From: Isurus oxyrinchus
Taxonomy: Eukaryota
Direction: 5' to 3'
NCBI GenBank assembly: GCA_026770705.1
Contig: JANJGN010000004.1
Location: 143,158,001-143,222,000, forward strand
DNA: 64,000 nt
The notes under the pieces are model-generated. The model was not told the origin of the DNA and did no database searches. It worked only from the letters and a program-made list of their open reading frames with translations. Made by a program: the position numbers and the translations under genes. Shown here piece after piece: positions 12,881 through 25,094 of this stretch. The number at the start of each line of letters is the position of its first letter. Positions within the stretch are counted from its first letter, which is position 1.

Positions 12881-14132
12881 TAAAACTAACTTGCTGGAGC
12901 TTTTTGAAGAGGTAACAGAAAAAGTCAATGAGGTTAATGCTGTTGATGTGTACATAACTTTCGGGCGGGAGGCATTTGATACAGTGCCACACAACAGACT
13001 TCTGAGAAAAGTTATTGCTCATGGAATAAAAGGGACATGAATACAAAATTGTCTGAGAAATAGGAAGCAGAGAGTAATGGTCAATGGATATTTTTCGGGC
13101 TGGAGGAAGGTTTGCAGTGGAGTTCCCCAGGGGTCGAAATTGGGACCCTTGCTTTCCCTGACGTATGTTAGTGATTTAGATTTTGGTGTGCAGGGATAAT
13201 TTCAAAGTTTGCGAATGATACGAAGCTTGGGAGTGTTGTGAACTGTGAGGAGGACAGTGTAAAACTTCAAAAGGACATAAACAAGTTGGTGGAGTGGGCA
13301 GATAGGTGGCAGATGAAGTTCAATGCAGAAAAGTGTAGGGTGATGAATTTGGGTAGGAAGAACATGAACAGACAAAATACGATAAGGGCTGAAATATTGA
13401 AAGCTGTGCAGGAGCAGAAAGACCTGGGTGTATATGTACGTAGATTATTGAAGATGGCAGGACAGGCAGAGAGTGCAGTTAATAAAGTATACAGTATATT
13501 AATTTATTAATAGGCTTTATTAATAGGGGCATAGAGTACAGGAGCAAGGAGGTTATGCTAAATTTATATAAGACACTCGTTAGACCTCAGCTGGAGTATT
13601 ATGTACAGTTCTGGGAGCCACATTATAGGAAGGATGTGAACACATTGGAGAGAGTGCAGAAGAGTTTACAAGAATGGTTCCAAGGATGAGAAACTTCAGT
13701 TAAAAAGATAGACGTTGGGACTGGTCTCTTTGGAGAGAAGAAGGCTAAGGGGAGATTTGATAGAGATGCTCAAAATCATGAGGGGTCTCGACAGATTGGA
13801 TAGTGAGAAGTTGTTCCTGCTTGTAAAAATATAAGAACGAGAGGGCACAGATTTAAAGTGATTTGCAAAGGAAGCTAATGTGACATGGGAAAAAACGTTT
13901 TCACGCAAGAAGTGGTTCAGGTCTGGAATGCACTGCCTGAAAGTGTGGTGGAGGCAGGTTCAATGGAGGATTTCAGTAGGGCATTAGATGATTATTTGAA
14001 TAGAAACAACGTGCAGGGGTATGGGGAAAAGGCAAGGCAATGGCACTAGGTCATAATGCTCATTTGGAGAACCGATGTAGGCACGAAGGGGCGAATGGCC
14101 TCCTTCTGTGCCGTTAAAATCCTGTGATTCTG
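12881..14132 (+). mobile_element. CR1 RT-to-3' end, 5'-truncated
   Basis: gtggagttccccaggggtc (GVPQG), LQKDINKLVEWADRWQMKFNAEKC, and 3' tail ctgtgattctgt. Confidence 0.9.
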
Positions 14133-14134
14133 TA

Positions 14135-14375
14135 ATTATTTGAAGATGACCTGGGCAGGGCAGTTCTCAAAATGTCCTGGCCAATGTTTATCCCTCAATT
14201 AATATCAAAACAGATTATGTCATCATTCGTTTCATTGCTATGTGCAAATAACTGCTGCATTTCACTATATCATGACAGTATCTGAACTTCAAAAATATTA
14301 CGTTGGCTGTGCAGTGCTTTGATATGCCCTGCAGTCATGACAGTGCTGTATGAATAAAATTTGTTTCTCTTCCTT
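14135..14375 (+). mobile_element. Deu-domain SINE fragment
   Basis: tgtcctggccaatgtttatccctc...aaaacagattat...ttggctgtgcagtgcttt. Confidence 0.65.
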
Positions 14376-16706
14376 GCCCTCTACTTTTTTGAAGAGAAAG
14401 GGGAAAAAAAATGTTATTTTGATTTAAGATGATGCTGTCAATTGATGATTTATTCCAGTGGAAATGAGTGTTGACATGCCTCCATTTTCAAATGATGTTT
14501 TCAGTAATTTATGTTAGCTGTTTCCCTTACCCCCTTCATACACAACTTTTTGTCAATTTTACAATGAGTGTCTACGTAGCCAATACACATTATTTTCTTA
14601 ATCTGTTTGCTGACTTGCAGACTTTCTAGTAATGGAACAATATTAACATGCACTTTTACTGAGCATGAAGCAAATCTTTTCATTTATAGCTACTGAGCGG
14701 ATTTGAGTTTGCCACGTTCAATATTTTACCCATGAAGAAATTTAATTCCAGAAGGCGATTGGTATTTGCACACAATTGGTACTCTTTAAGTACCAACTTG
14801 TTCATGTTTCAGTCTCATAATTGCTACTATTTTCCTTCTGACCCTTAGCCTGGATCAAGAAAGGGTCTTAAATGTGAGACATTTGTGATTGTATTTTGCT
14901 TAGAAATAAATAAGAAAAGTATGTTGCGTATTATAAATGCAGTGACGGAGTTCAGCATTTGTGATATCAAAGTGATGCATGCTAATGTGCATGAGGTGCA
15001 TTGCAAACATTGTACAGTCCACAGTTCATGTGTATGCCAGAATATTTATGCACTTAATGAAAAAAACATGGTTCATCTGGATGAAGTAAATGTGAGTTCA
15101 TTCCATATCATTTTTCACATTTTCAGGACGCCCCAATAACTTACTTTTGAACTAATCAGTATTTTTGAAGTCATTGAACTAATCCTTGCTCATGTTGGCA
15201 TATGGTAGACAATTTGTGCAATGCAAGGCCCCACTAACAACCATTGAGCTGAATGACCAGTTACTCTGACAGTTTTGGTTGAGGGATGGAGGGCAACAGG
15301 AACAGGAGGACCGCTTGTTTTAGAACAAAAACATAAAAGAAGCTTAACACAATAAAGAGAGCAGCCAGAGGAGGTGAAAACTCTAAAGTACATAAACAGG
15401 CTTGAAACTCAACACAAACATGAAATAGTTCATATTCTGAATGATTTACTACTGCCAAGTATTCACAAGTGAAAAATGTACCTGTTCAGTTCCTCAATGG
15501 AGCTAACCATTGTAAAACCAAGGACTTTGATGTTATTGAGTTAAAAGTTCCAGATTGTCCTAAAAGGCACAATACAAATACATTCCTAGCAATAAATGGT
15601 GTTAATCCCAGCATGTTGAGAGATTTGAGAGAAATTAATGCAGCACTGTAAATCATTGAGGAAGCCAGCGGAAAATAGAGATACCTGGAGATTGTTTTCA
15701 AATTCAAAATAAAAGGGGTGTGGTTTTTGAAGAAGTAATTCAAATTATAAAATGCAGTGGGTAAAATATGTAATTGGGTAGAACAATGGGTGATAATTAT
15801 TACTGCTCCCTCTAAAAACTGTATTAAAATAGTTTTGTGATACAATAAGTAATGACAGGCTAGCCTTTTCCATCCCTTACCTATGAATGGATGTAAAATT
15901 CCAGAACCAGTTGTGTTGTGGTGAAAACATTTCAGTGATAACCATAGGGACTGTGGAAATTGCGTATTCATAACAGTCTATAAAAATAAAGGCTACTTTT
16001 TGACATATGATGATTTGCAGCATGAATTGCAAAGCTAAAATTGAACATGTGAGAGGATATGTGATATGATCGTATGAGAGCTATACAGCACCATTAACTG
16101 AGAAAATACTCCAAGGCACTTCACCGAGCAGTAGCAGAGTATTATTACAGAAGCCTTTAAAACCTGGGGTGGGGTGGGGGGGAGGTGGGAAGGAAGCAGT
16201 AAAGCAGACAGATTTAGAGATTGTTCCGAAAAGTAAGGCTGATGGGTTTGCTACCAATATTGGACAGTGGGAGGTTGGGCACATAATTGGAATTCTGCCT
16301 CCCTGCCCTGTAATCTCTGGTGAGAGACAAAAAAAGAAGAAAAAAATGGGAAAAATGTTCCATGGTGCTTCATGGAGTCAGAGGGAAATGTTTTTTTCAA
16401 AATATCCAATAGTAAAACACAACTTTCTGCTTAAATCCACGTTACCTATCCTTTATGAACTGTATTATGGACTTGAGGAGTTTACTTGCAACATAAGGAT
16501 GGGCCCACAGTTTTCTGGCAGATCTTCTTCCACTTCCTTGAATAAGGGTAAAATGTGCCTACCATCTGAGCTAGTGACTTTTACATTTTAGCCCCATTAA
16601 CCCCTGCACATCCTCCAAGTATTCTGTATTCCTCCAGTTAAACTTTCACATTCCTTTGTAGACACTGAAGCAAAATCCTAATTAAGCATCTCTACTATTC
16701 CCTTAC

Positions 16707-16934
16707 AAAAACAGAATTACCTGGAAAAACTCAGCAGGTCTGGCAGCATCGGCGGAGAAGAAAAGAGTTGACGTTTCAAGTCCTCATGACCCTTCAACAG
16801 AACTGTCGAAGGGTCATGAGGACTCGAAACGTCAACTCTTTTCTTCTCCGCCGATGCTGCCAGACCTCCTGAGTTTTTCCAGGTAATTCTGTTTTTGTTT
16901 TGGATTTCCAGCATCCGCAGTTTTTTTGTTTTTA
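16707..16934 (+). mobile_element. Penelope-like palindromic (hairpin) insertion, copy 1
   Basis: 96-bp inverted arms 16705-16800 / 16803-16898 with 3 mismatches and a 2-nt loop, a unique tail gatttccagcatccgcag(t)n, and a 16-bp TSD tctactattcccttac (16691-16706 / 16935-16950). Confidence 0.85.
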
Positions 16935-17044
16935 TCTACTATTCCCTTACTCTCTAGTATAGGTAACACCCTTTATCTCCAAAGTGATTCCACCCTCTCT
17001 TTAGCTACCTTTTTGGTAGTGACTGTAAAATTTATTGATGTTTT

Positions 17045-17570
17045 TTCTGCTGACTGCCACATCCTTCTAGTGCCACACAATAGGAAGGATGTGAACGCAT
17101 TGGAGACAGTGCAGAGAAAGTTCACAAGAATGGTTCCAGGGATGAGAGACTTCAGTAATGAGGAAAGGTTGGAGAAGTTGGGACTATTTTCTTTGGATAG
17201 GAGAAGGCTGAGGAGACTTGGTAGAAGTTTTCAAAATCATAAGGGGCCTGGACAGAGTCGATGGGGAGAAAATATTCCTGCTCGTAAATGGATTGAGAAT
17301 CAATTTTAAAGTGTTTTGCAAATGAGAGGTTAGAAAAAACTTTTTCACACAGCGAGTATTTAGGGTTTGGAATGCACTGCCTGGAAGTGTGTGGAGGTAG
17401 GTTCAATTGAGGCATTCAAGAAGGTATTGGAGAATTGTTTTTATTTAAATACTGTGCAGGGTTACGGGGAAAAGGCAGGAGATTGACACTAAATTAAAAG
17501 GCTCAGAGAGCCGGTGCAGACATGATGGGCAGAATGGTCTCCTTCTACACCGTAACAATTCTGTGATTCT
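17045..17570 (+). mobile_element. CR1 3' end
   Basis: RKDVNALETVQRKFTRMVPGMRDFSNEERLEKLGLFSL. The tail aattctgtgattct is nearly identical to 25095-25360. Confidence 0.9.
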
Positions 17571-17574
17571 GTTG

Positions 17575-20500
17575 CCTAGCTTTAGAATAGCCTCGGGATC
17601 ACAATCTGGTGAGCACATCGCACTGTCTGATCCGCAGCAGTCGGCGGCAAGGACTTCCCAGATGACCGGCACTCGGAGGACTGCTGGAGGCCAAAAATTT
17701 GCTGAGTACGAGTCAGCTGACAAGCCTCTGGACTCGGTCATGTCACAGTTGCTGGAGCTGCAAAGGCAAGCTCGGGAGCATTAGAAAGGGATGTCCGCTG
17801 CACTCCTCAGATTGCAAGGCACAATGAAGGACTCTGTCCACCTTCAGCGCTCTGATAGTGCTGACATGCCAACGCACCGAGGTCAACACTGATAGGATGG
17901 CAGCCACCATGGAGACTTTGGTCCAGGACATTGAGTCCTGTACTGCTGCGTGAGCTCAACTCCATTGCTGACGCCATAGTTGGCCTCCAACAGTGTGTGT
18001 GAGAGGGGTGCGGGGCAGCTCAATCTCATTCCAGCTACGCTTTCTCCTCAAGGACTGAGCCAGGGGCCCTTGGGCACCCATAAGGAGGAGAATCTGCATC
18101 CCCGAGGCCATCCATGAAGGTGACTCCGGGAGTCTCCAGCCCATCTGAACCCCCTCTTCCTGTGACCTCAGCAGTTCTAGCTCCACAGACTGAGGAGGGT
18201 TCCACTGCCACACAGCAGAACCCCGAAAGCAGGTTGAGGCCCTCCAAGTCTTGGCCTTCCAGAGGATGCTGTCCGAGGTCATCACAGACAGGACATAGCG
18301 TCAGCAGGCTGCCTCCGCCTCCGCTGTGGATGGCCGGGGAGCACAAAGATGTAGTGGCAGTGTTAGGAAAGTTAAGAAGATGTAGCTGCACAGCCTGGGC
18401 AAGGGTGTTAATCACTTGTATGTACTGTTCACTATTGTCAATAAACACCCAAGGATGTCTCCCAGACTATGGCTCCTTGTTCTGATGAGCAGTGTTCTTG
18501 TCATTCAGATGTGAAACCTTTCTGCACAAGATAAAGGCAGATGTCTCAGCCCAGGGTCTCTTTATCGTGCTTTGTGCAGCCTTCAGACCAAAGTGATGGT
18601 CCTGCCTCACACTTCCTGGGCACATTACTGATGCCTGCACCTTGACGGCACTTGCCATTTTTGCCAGAATGTCATGGGCGGGCATCACGGAGTTCCATCA
18701 TTCTGTCTGTGTGTTCTCAGCATCTTTAAGGTGGGACTGGCCCCCATCTCTTCAGCATCTGTGACCAGTGATGCTGCGCTCCTGAAGGGGTCAGGTGCTG
18801 AAGGTGGATAAAGGATCAGATGCTTCTAAAGTTTCATGGCTGCTTCACTATGATATGACCCTGATCACAGAGCGTAAGCGAGCTGCCCTCGGCCAGACAG
18901 GAGTCAGACGTTCTCGGGGGCTATGTGAAGATCTGTGGAGTGTCCTCACTGCATATGGTCATCATCCTCCTGCAACCAAATGATTATTAGGGCCCCCACT
19001 GCATCTCCATGACAGGAGCATTATCACTGAGGGTAAATGCATTGCCATAGAGTCAAATGTTCTTGGTGCAATGTGAGGATCTGTGGTGTCGTCTCACTGC
19101 ATGTCGTCATCATCCTCCACAAAGCTAGCAGCTATGAGGGCCTCCCGAGCACACTTGCCTCATCCCCGTCATTGTCACCTTCGAGGACCTCCTCACCCTC
19201 ATCCCCGTTGGTGTCGTCCTCATTGGAGAAGAGCTTCAGCTCCTCCATCTCCTCCTCAGCTAGCTCCTCTCCCCGTTGCAGCACCAGGTTGTAAAGGGTG
19301 CAGCAGACGACAATGTTGCGTGACATCCTCTGTGGACTATACTGCAGTACTCTACCAGACCAGCTCAGGCACCGGAACCTAATTTTTAGCATCCCAGGTC
19401 TGCTGCACCAAGTTGCAAGTTGCAGCTTTGCTCTGCTGCAGTCTAAGGCCGTCACATGGGTGCCATCAGCCGCATCCTCTGCGGGTAGCCCCCAACGAGC
19501 CATCCCTGCAGCTTCTGTGGACCCCAGATCCATCAGGGGCCTGTGACCAGCTGAGAACATAGGAATCGTGCACACTCCCTGGAAACTATGCGCAGACCTG
19601 CAGGATACATTTGTGGTGGTCACACACCAGCTGCACATTTAGCGAATGGATTCTCTTGCGGTTGACACAGCTGACCACATGTTGGTATGGAGATCTGAGC
19701 ACCACGTGAGCACAGTCGATGGCACCCTGCGCCTGTGGGAAACCCGAGACTGGGGCAAACCCAATCATTCTTGCATTCTGGCTGCCCTGGTGCCAGGCGA
19801 AATGCACAAAGTTGTGTGCCTTCGTGAAGCATTTGTGGGTGGAGGCTTGCGATATACCACAGAGGTGACCTGAGGAGCCCTGAAAGGAACCATTTGCATA
19901 GAAATTGAGTGCTGCTGTCACTTTCACAGCCACTGGCAGTGGATGCCCTCCGTTTCCCTGTGACGCCACATCCTGCAGTAGCTGTCAGATTTGACTGACC
20001 AGTTCCTGAGACATGTGCAGTTTTCGGCGACACTGCTTCTCAGTAACTGCAGAAATGAAAGGCAACGTCTATAGACCCTGTGTCTAGCTAGGCGCCGACC
20101 AGTGACGGCTTGCTGTGGCTCTTTGGTGGCATGGAGGGGAGCCCCAGTGGCCCCTTTTTCCTGAGGGTGCTGCTTCCCACTCAGTGAAGCCAGGCACCTC
20201 GGTCGCTCTCTTCTCAGTTGTCTTCGTTCTCTGTAAGCCACGAGGCATACTGTTAGTTCACCAGGCTCCATGACCCTGATGTGCTCTTCGTGCAGGATGA
20301 AAGAGAGAGACGCATGGGTTAGCATGGGTGTACTTGGTTAAGTCTGAAGTTCCCTTAATGTTTTTCAGAGAGTGCTGGTCATCACTTGGGTGGCCAGAGA
20401 TTAGTGCACTGCATGGCTGCTCGAAACCCCACCCACCTCTGCCCCACTCCACCCAACTGATTTGTGGCAACTTTGCCCATTGAACTGCATGTTGTGCTCT

Positions 20501-21330
20501 CAGCTCAGGCACAGACATTCTCCTAACCTGTGCTACAAGGCTGTACCGTTAACTTGAACCACGGAGGAGACTGGTCCAAACCGGGATGATGACATTGCAA
20601 GGAGCTGTGAGCACCTCCAGCAGTGACTGCTCCACGGCCAGCTTTAGCAAGGAGATTGTACAACATGCTCAATCATCCAACTGTTCTGCAGTTGACTAAA
20701 ATGCTCATTAGTTTGCAGTCTGTGCCCGAGGGGTGAAAAGCTCTGGAGCACTTGGTGGCACTTTCATGCCTCTGCATTGCTTGAGTGGGCAGGGAAGCTA
20801 GAGGCCTGACTCCAGTCATAGCAATGTGGCTGCGCCTGAACTGTCTCAGTTGCAGAAGAATGACCACTTTATACAAAGTTTCCCAAATATATGGCCACTT
20901 CTCTCACCACCCATGCCTGCATGTACTTGTGCACTACCTTCAACGACAGGGCAGCCCTTGCCACCACCACCACCCTCCCCCCCCCCCCACCCCCCCCTCA
21001 AGCCACTTCAACCGCAGGGCAACCCTTGTCCCATCCCCTGACATGCCTCAACCACAGGGTAGCCCCTGCCCACCTGCTCCTCCAAACACGCCTCAACCTT
21101 GAAGTCCAACAGGCGACCTGGGCGAGTGCTCCGCACTATGATGGGGGGGGTGATAATTATAATGATACGCAGGTGTATTACAATGAGGTTCCCGAAGTCC
21201 AATGGTAGAAAACACAGACCGTCATCGGCGGGCGGAGAGGACAATTGCAAACTGGTTTCGTGACATCGTGAAACTGATTCTTGTCCTTCTCGCCAAACTG
21301 TCCACTCAAGCCACCAAACACGCCCAAACA
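17575..21330. mobile_element. PIF/Harbinger transposon remnant 1 (transposase on -, C-terminal part of accessory gene on +, convergent)
   Basis: HARBI1-like transposase at 19094-20271 (-). A coiled-coil piece DSVMSQLLELQRQAREH (+) is followed by AATAAA at ~18440. Segment 17575-17640 resembles the reverse complement of 50570-50632. Confidence 0.85.
19094..20271 (-). pseudogene. Harbinger DDE transposase (HARBI1-like), frameshifted
   Basis: LPVAVKVTAALNFYANGSFQ, GISQAS, GFPQAQGAIDCAHV, NRKRIHSLNVQLVCDH, GMLKIRFRCL, IVVCCTLYNL, and an acidic tail, spread over several frames. Confidence 0.9.
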
Positions 21331-21745
21331 CCAGTTGGCAAGTTGGCATGGACAGTTCCACCCACGGTATTTATATGGCTAGTCCAGTTAAGTAACTGTT
21401 CAGTGGTAACCTCAGGCTGTTGTTAGTTGGGATTCAGCGATGGCAATGCCATTGAATGTCAAAGGGGGATGGTTAAATTCTCTCTCGTTGGATATAGTTA
21501 TTGCCTGGCACTTGTGTAGCATGAATGTTACTTGGCACTTATCAGCCCAAACCTGAATGCTGCCTAGGTCTTGCCACATGTAAACACAGACTGCTTTGAG
21601 GAGTCACAAATGGTGCTGAACGTTGTGCAGTCATCAGCGAACAAGGAAGGTCATTGATGAAGGAGCTGAAGATGGTTGGGCCTACGACACTACCCTAAGG
21701 AAATTGTGCAGCAATGTCCTGGCACCGAGATGATTATCGTTGATT
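21330..21745 (-). mobile_element. LINE family A internal RT fragment
   Basis: Reverse complement of the segment at 55755-56120 (ctagtccagtt...gcctggcacttgtg...gtcattgatgaaggagctgaagatggttgggcc). Confidence 0.8.
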
Positions 21746-23653
21746 TCTTGTTGTTTTTCATCTGTGAGGTGTTTAACATTTGTGGAAGTGGTAGAGACCT
21801 GCAGAAAAAGTAGAATCAATGATGACAGCTTCTGGATTTCCTGGTTTAACTCCAGATGTGCAAACACCAGCAGTTGTCAGTTTCATTGAGTAATGACAGC
21901 GAACACTGGTAGTTTTGCCATCAACAGAACTGCAGAATCTGGGCTATTGAGTTTCCGTAATTAGAACAATCGTTATTCCATGCCTCTCTAAATTGCCTCA
22001 TCCTGAATTTCTTTCCTGCTAATTGGTTGAGAATGTAGTGCCAATATTATTGTTTCCAAACTCAACCCGGACAGACTCTGCCTACAATTGCTCAAAGCCT
22101 CCTTTCTATTGTAATGATGGCCTTTATGTGTAAGGCCTCCTTGTTTCTCCTCTCGTTCCTGAAAATGTTACTGATGGAAGTATTTAGTTCATGGCCAAAT
22201 TTTGAGCAAGAACACAATATCCGTGTCCATTCATTATAATTAGTGACCCCAGCTCCCAAATTTTATTTCTATTCCTTTACGCAGTCAAATATATTTTTCT
22301 TTCGTCAACTATCTTTTCCTGTAAGTATGTCCCTATTTCCCTCTTGAATGAACTATTGCAGATGTTTTTGATCTCTCACTAAACTTACCCTTAGTTCTAT
22401 CCCATTTCCAGCTGATTTGCTCTTTCCATGCCTCACTAGTTTAAATCTTTCTCACTTTGGTAAAAGTTTAGTTTAAGTGAAGACTAGCCCATTTTATTAA
22501 ACATTCTGTCATTAGTCCCCCATCAGAAAACTCACATTGAACCCTTCCATGCTTTCCAACTGTGAGAGCACCAGCTAGAGTGCAACTGACCTAAAGAGTG
22601 AGTTTGGTTTGGGAATGAGCTTAGTGGAGAGCAAGAGCTTGGTTGCTGCATCAGGCTAAGGTCAAGCACCAGGTGATTAGGCCTGATTCTTTCAATCTTT
22701 CAATTCATCTTGGATTTGGGAGTGGTACTGAAGAGTTGCGAATGCTACACCTCTGCTCAGAAAAGGAGGAGAGAGATAAGCCAGGTAACTACACACCAGT
22801 CAGCCTAAAAAGGTGGTGAGAAAATTTCTGGAGGCCATGAGCCAGAACAAAATCAATTGTCACTTGGAAGAATATGGGTTAATAAATGACCGTCAACATG
22901 GATTTGTTTAAGGTAAAATTGTATTCGAAAAACTTGATTTAACTGTTCAGTAAAGTCATGGAGAGGGCTGATGATATTGTGCCATTGATTTTATGCGTAT
23001 GGACTTTTATTAGGCATAACGTGTTACGTAATAGTCTTGTTAACAGTATTGAAGCCCATGGGATTAACGAGGCATTGGCAACATATGTATGAAACTGGCT
23101 ATGAGACCAAAAGCAGAGAGTAGTGGTGAATGTTTGTTTATCAGGCTGGAGGGAAGTGTAACCATGCTGTCCACCAGGAGCTGATATTCGGACCACTGCT
23201 CTCTTTGATATATATTGATGACCTGGACTTGGGTATGGGGGCATAATTTCAAAGTCAGAAGATAGCACAGAACTTGAAAATGCCATAAACACATAGGAAG
23301 GTAGTAACAGACTTCAGAAGGATGTGGATTGGTGAAAGGGGCATGAAATTCAATGCCAGGAGTGTGAAGTGATGCATTTTGGGAGGAAAAATCTGGAGAG
23401 GCAATATAAATCAAATGGTACAATTTTAAAGAATAACTAGGAACAAAGAGACTTGGGACTTCATATACACAAAACTTTGAAGGCGGCAGGACAAGCTGAT
23501 AAGGCTGCATTTTTTTAAATACAGGATACAGGATCCTTGGCTTTATAAACAGAAGCATTGACTATAAAAGTAAGGAACGTTTTTTAAACCTTGATAAATT
23601 ATTGATTAGGCCTCAGTTCTCCAAATCTGGCACCAAACTTCAGGATGTTAAAA

Positions 23654-23859
23654 GCATAAAACTGCGGATGCTGGATATCCAAAACAAAAACAAAAATACC
23701 TGGAAAAACTCAGCAGCTCTGGCAGCATCTGCGGAGAGGAGTACAGTTAACATTTCGAGTCTGAATAACCCTGGCCATTCGGACTCGAAACGTTAACTGT
23801 GCTCCTCTCCACAGATGCTGCCAGACCTGCTGAGTTTTTCCAGGTATTTTTGTTTTTGC
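23654..23859 (-). mobile_element. Penelope-like palindromic (hairpin) insertion, copy 2
   Basis: 82-bp inverted arms 23685-23766 / 23777-23858, the unique tail on the left (aaaactgcggatgctgga), and a 14-bp TSD tcaggatgttaaaa (23640-23653 / 23860-23873). Confidence 0.85.
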
Positions 23860-24199
23860 TCAGGATGTTAAAACCTTGGTGAGACTGAGATGAGGGACTT
23901 CAGTTTTGTGGTGAGTCTAGTGAAACTGTGATGTTTCGTAGAGCTCAGAAGTTTAAGGGGAGATTTGATGGCATTGTTCAAAATTGAGGAGTTTTGACAG
24001 AATAGATGGCAAGAAACTGTTTCTATTGGCAGAAAGATTGGTAACCAAAGAACTCAGATTTATGATAATTGGCAAGAATCTGGGGGTATGGAAAAGATGT
24101 GAGGAAGTTTCTTTTTATGCAACAAGTTATTATCTGGAATGCACTGTGTTAATGCATGTTGGAAACAGATTCTACAGTCACTTTCAAAGCATGTAGAAC

Positions 24200-24440
24200 A
24201 ATTACTTAATAATGAAATGTTCCAAGGCATTTCACTGGAACATCATAAAACAGGTATGACTCTGAGCCACATAAAGAGATATGAGATCAGATGTCTAAAA
24301 GTTTGGTCAAAGAGGTAGATTTTAAGAAGTGTCTTAAAGGAAGAAAGTGAGATAGAGAGGCAGAGAGGTGTGCAGAGGGAATTCCAGAGTCTGGGGCCCA
24401 GGCAACTGAAGGCACAGCCACTAATAGTAGAGCAATTATG
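24200..24440 (-). mobile_element. L2 LINE 3' end fragment
   Basis: ttggtcaaagaggtagattttaagaagtgtcttaaagg...gggaattccagag...ggcaactgaaggcacagcca, the reverse complement of a typical L2 3' end. Confidence 0.7.
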
Positions 24441-24599
24441 ATTTCAGCTTGAAAAGGAGAAATTTTCATGATCGTGGGGATAGAGCAGGAGAATGGGACA
24501 AGTTGGAGAACTCTTTTAAAGAGCTGGCACAGAGACAGTAGGCCAAGTGGCTTCTTTCTGTGCACAATGATTCTATGATATCCATATCCTGTACCAAGA

Positions 24600-25030
24600 T
24601 AAAAGACAGAAAGAAAGAAGAATATGCATTTATATTGTGGTTTTCATGACCTCCTGGATGCCCTAAGGAACTTCCACAGTTGACAAAGTACTTTTGAAGT
24701 TTCTTTTGTAATGTAGGCAAACATAGCACCTCATTTGCACACAGCTAGGTCCCACAAACAACAGTGAGATATGTGACAACAGCATCTGGTTTATTGGTGT
24801 CAGTTGAGGGCTTTTGAATAGTACTATGACATTGTTTACATGCTCCTTAGAGGGCAGGCGTTGCCTCAGTTTAATGTCTCATCCAAAAAATAACACCTTC
24901 CCTTGATGGGGCAGCACTCCTCAACACTGCCTTTTAGCATCAACTTGAATTGTGTGCTCAAGTCCCGACTGGCCTTGAACCCATGGCCCTCTGACTCAGC
25001 TTGGTGGTACCACTCTCATCTCTCAGGCTG
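24600..25030 (-). mobile_element. Deu-domain SINE, near full length
   Basis: (aaag)n tail at left, Deu domain, and a tRNA-like head with B-box ggttcaagg on the minus strand at ~24975. Confidence 0.8.
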
Positions 25031-25094
25031 AATGAAGGAAGGAATGGTACAAAATGTAATTTTAAGGGCAAAAATTGCAGATCCTACTCCATTC

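Larger units (their letters stand above)
22680..24580 (+). mobile_element. Decayed CR1 RT-to-3' end, interrupted by hairpin copy 2 and an L2 tail
   Basis: KPGNYTPVSL-like and QHGF motifs. The CR1 sequence continues across 23654-23859 and 24200-24440, and the tail gattctatgat lies at ~24570. Confidence 0.75.

Noticed and set aside
16705-16898. Canonical miRNA precursor (e.g. miR-9, which neighbours TMEM161B in mammals) or a DNA-transposon MITE
   Set aside because: No miR-9 sequence. The repeat family has long variable TSDs and an asymmetric T-rich tail, pointing to retroposition.
19094-20271. Host HARBI1 gene
   Set aside because: Multiple frameshifts and deletions, embedded in a transposon remnant, and related copies nearby.
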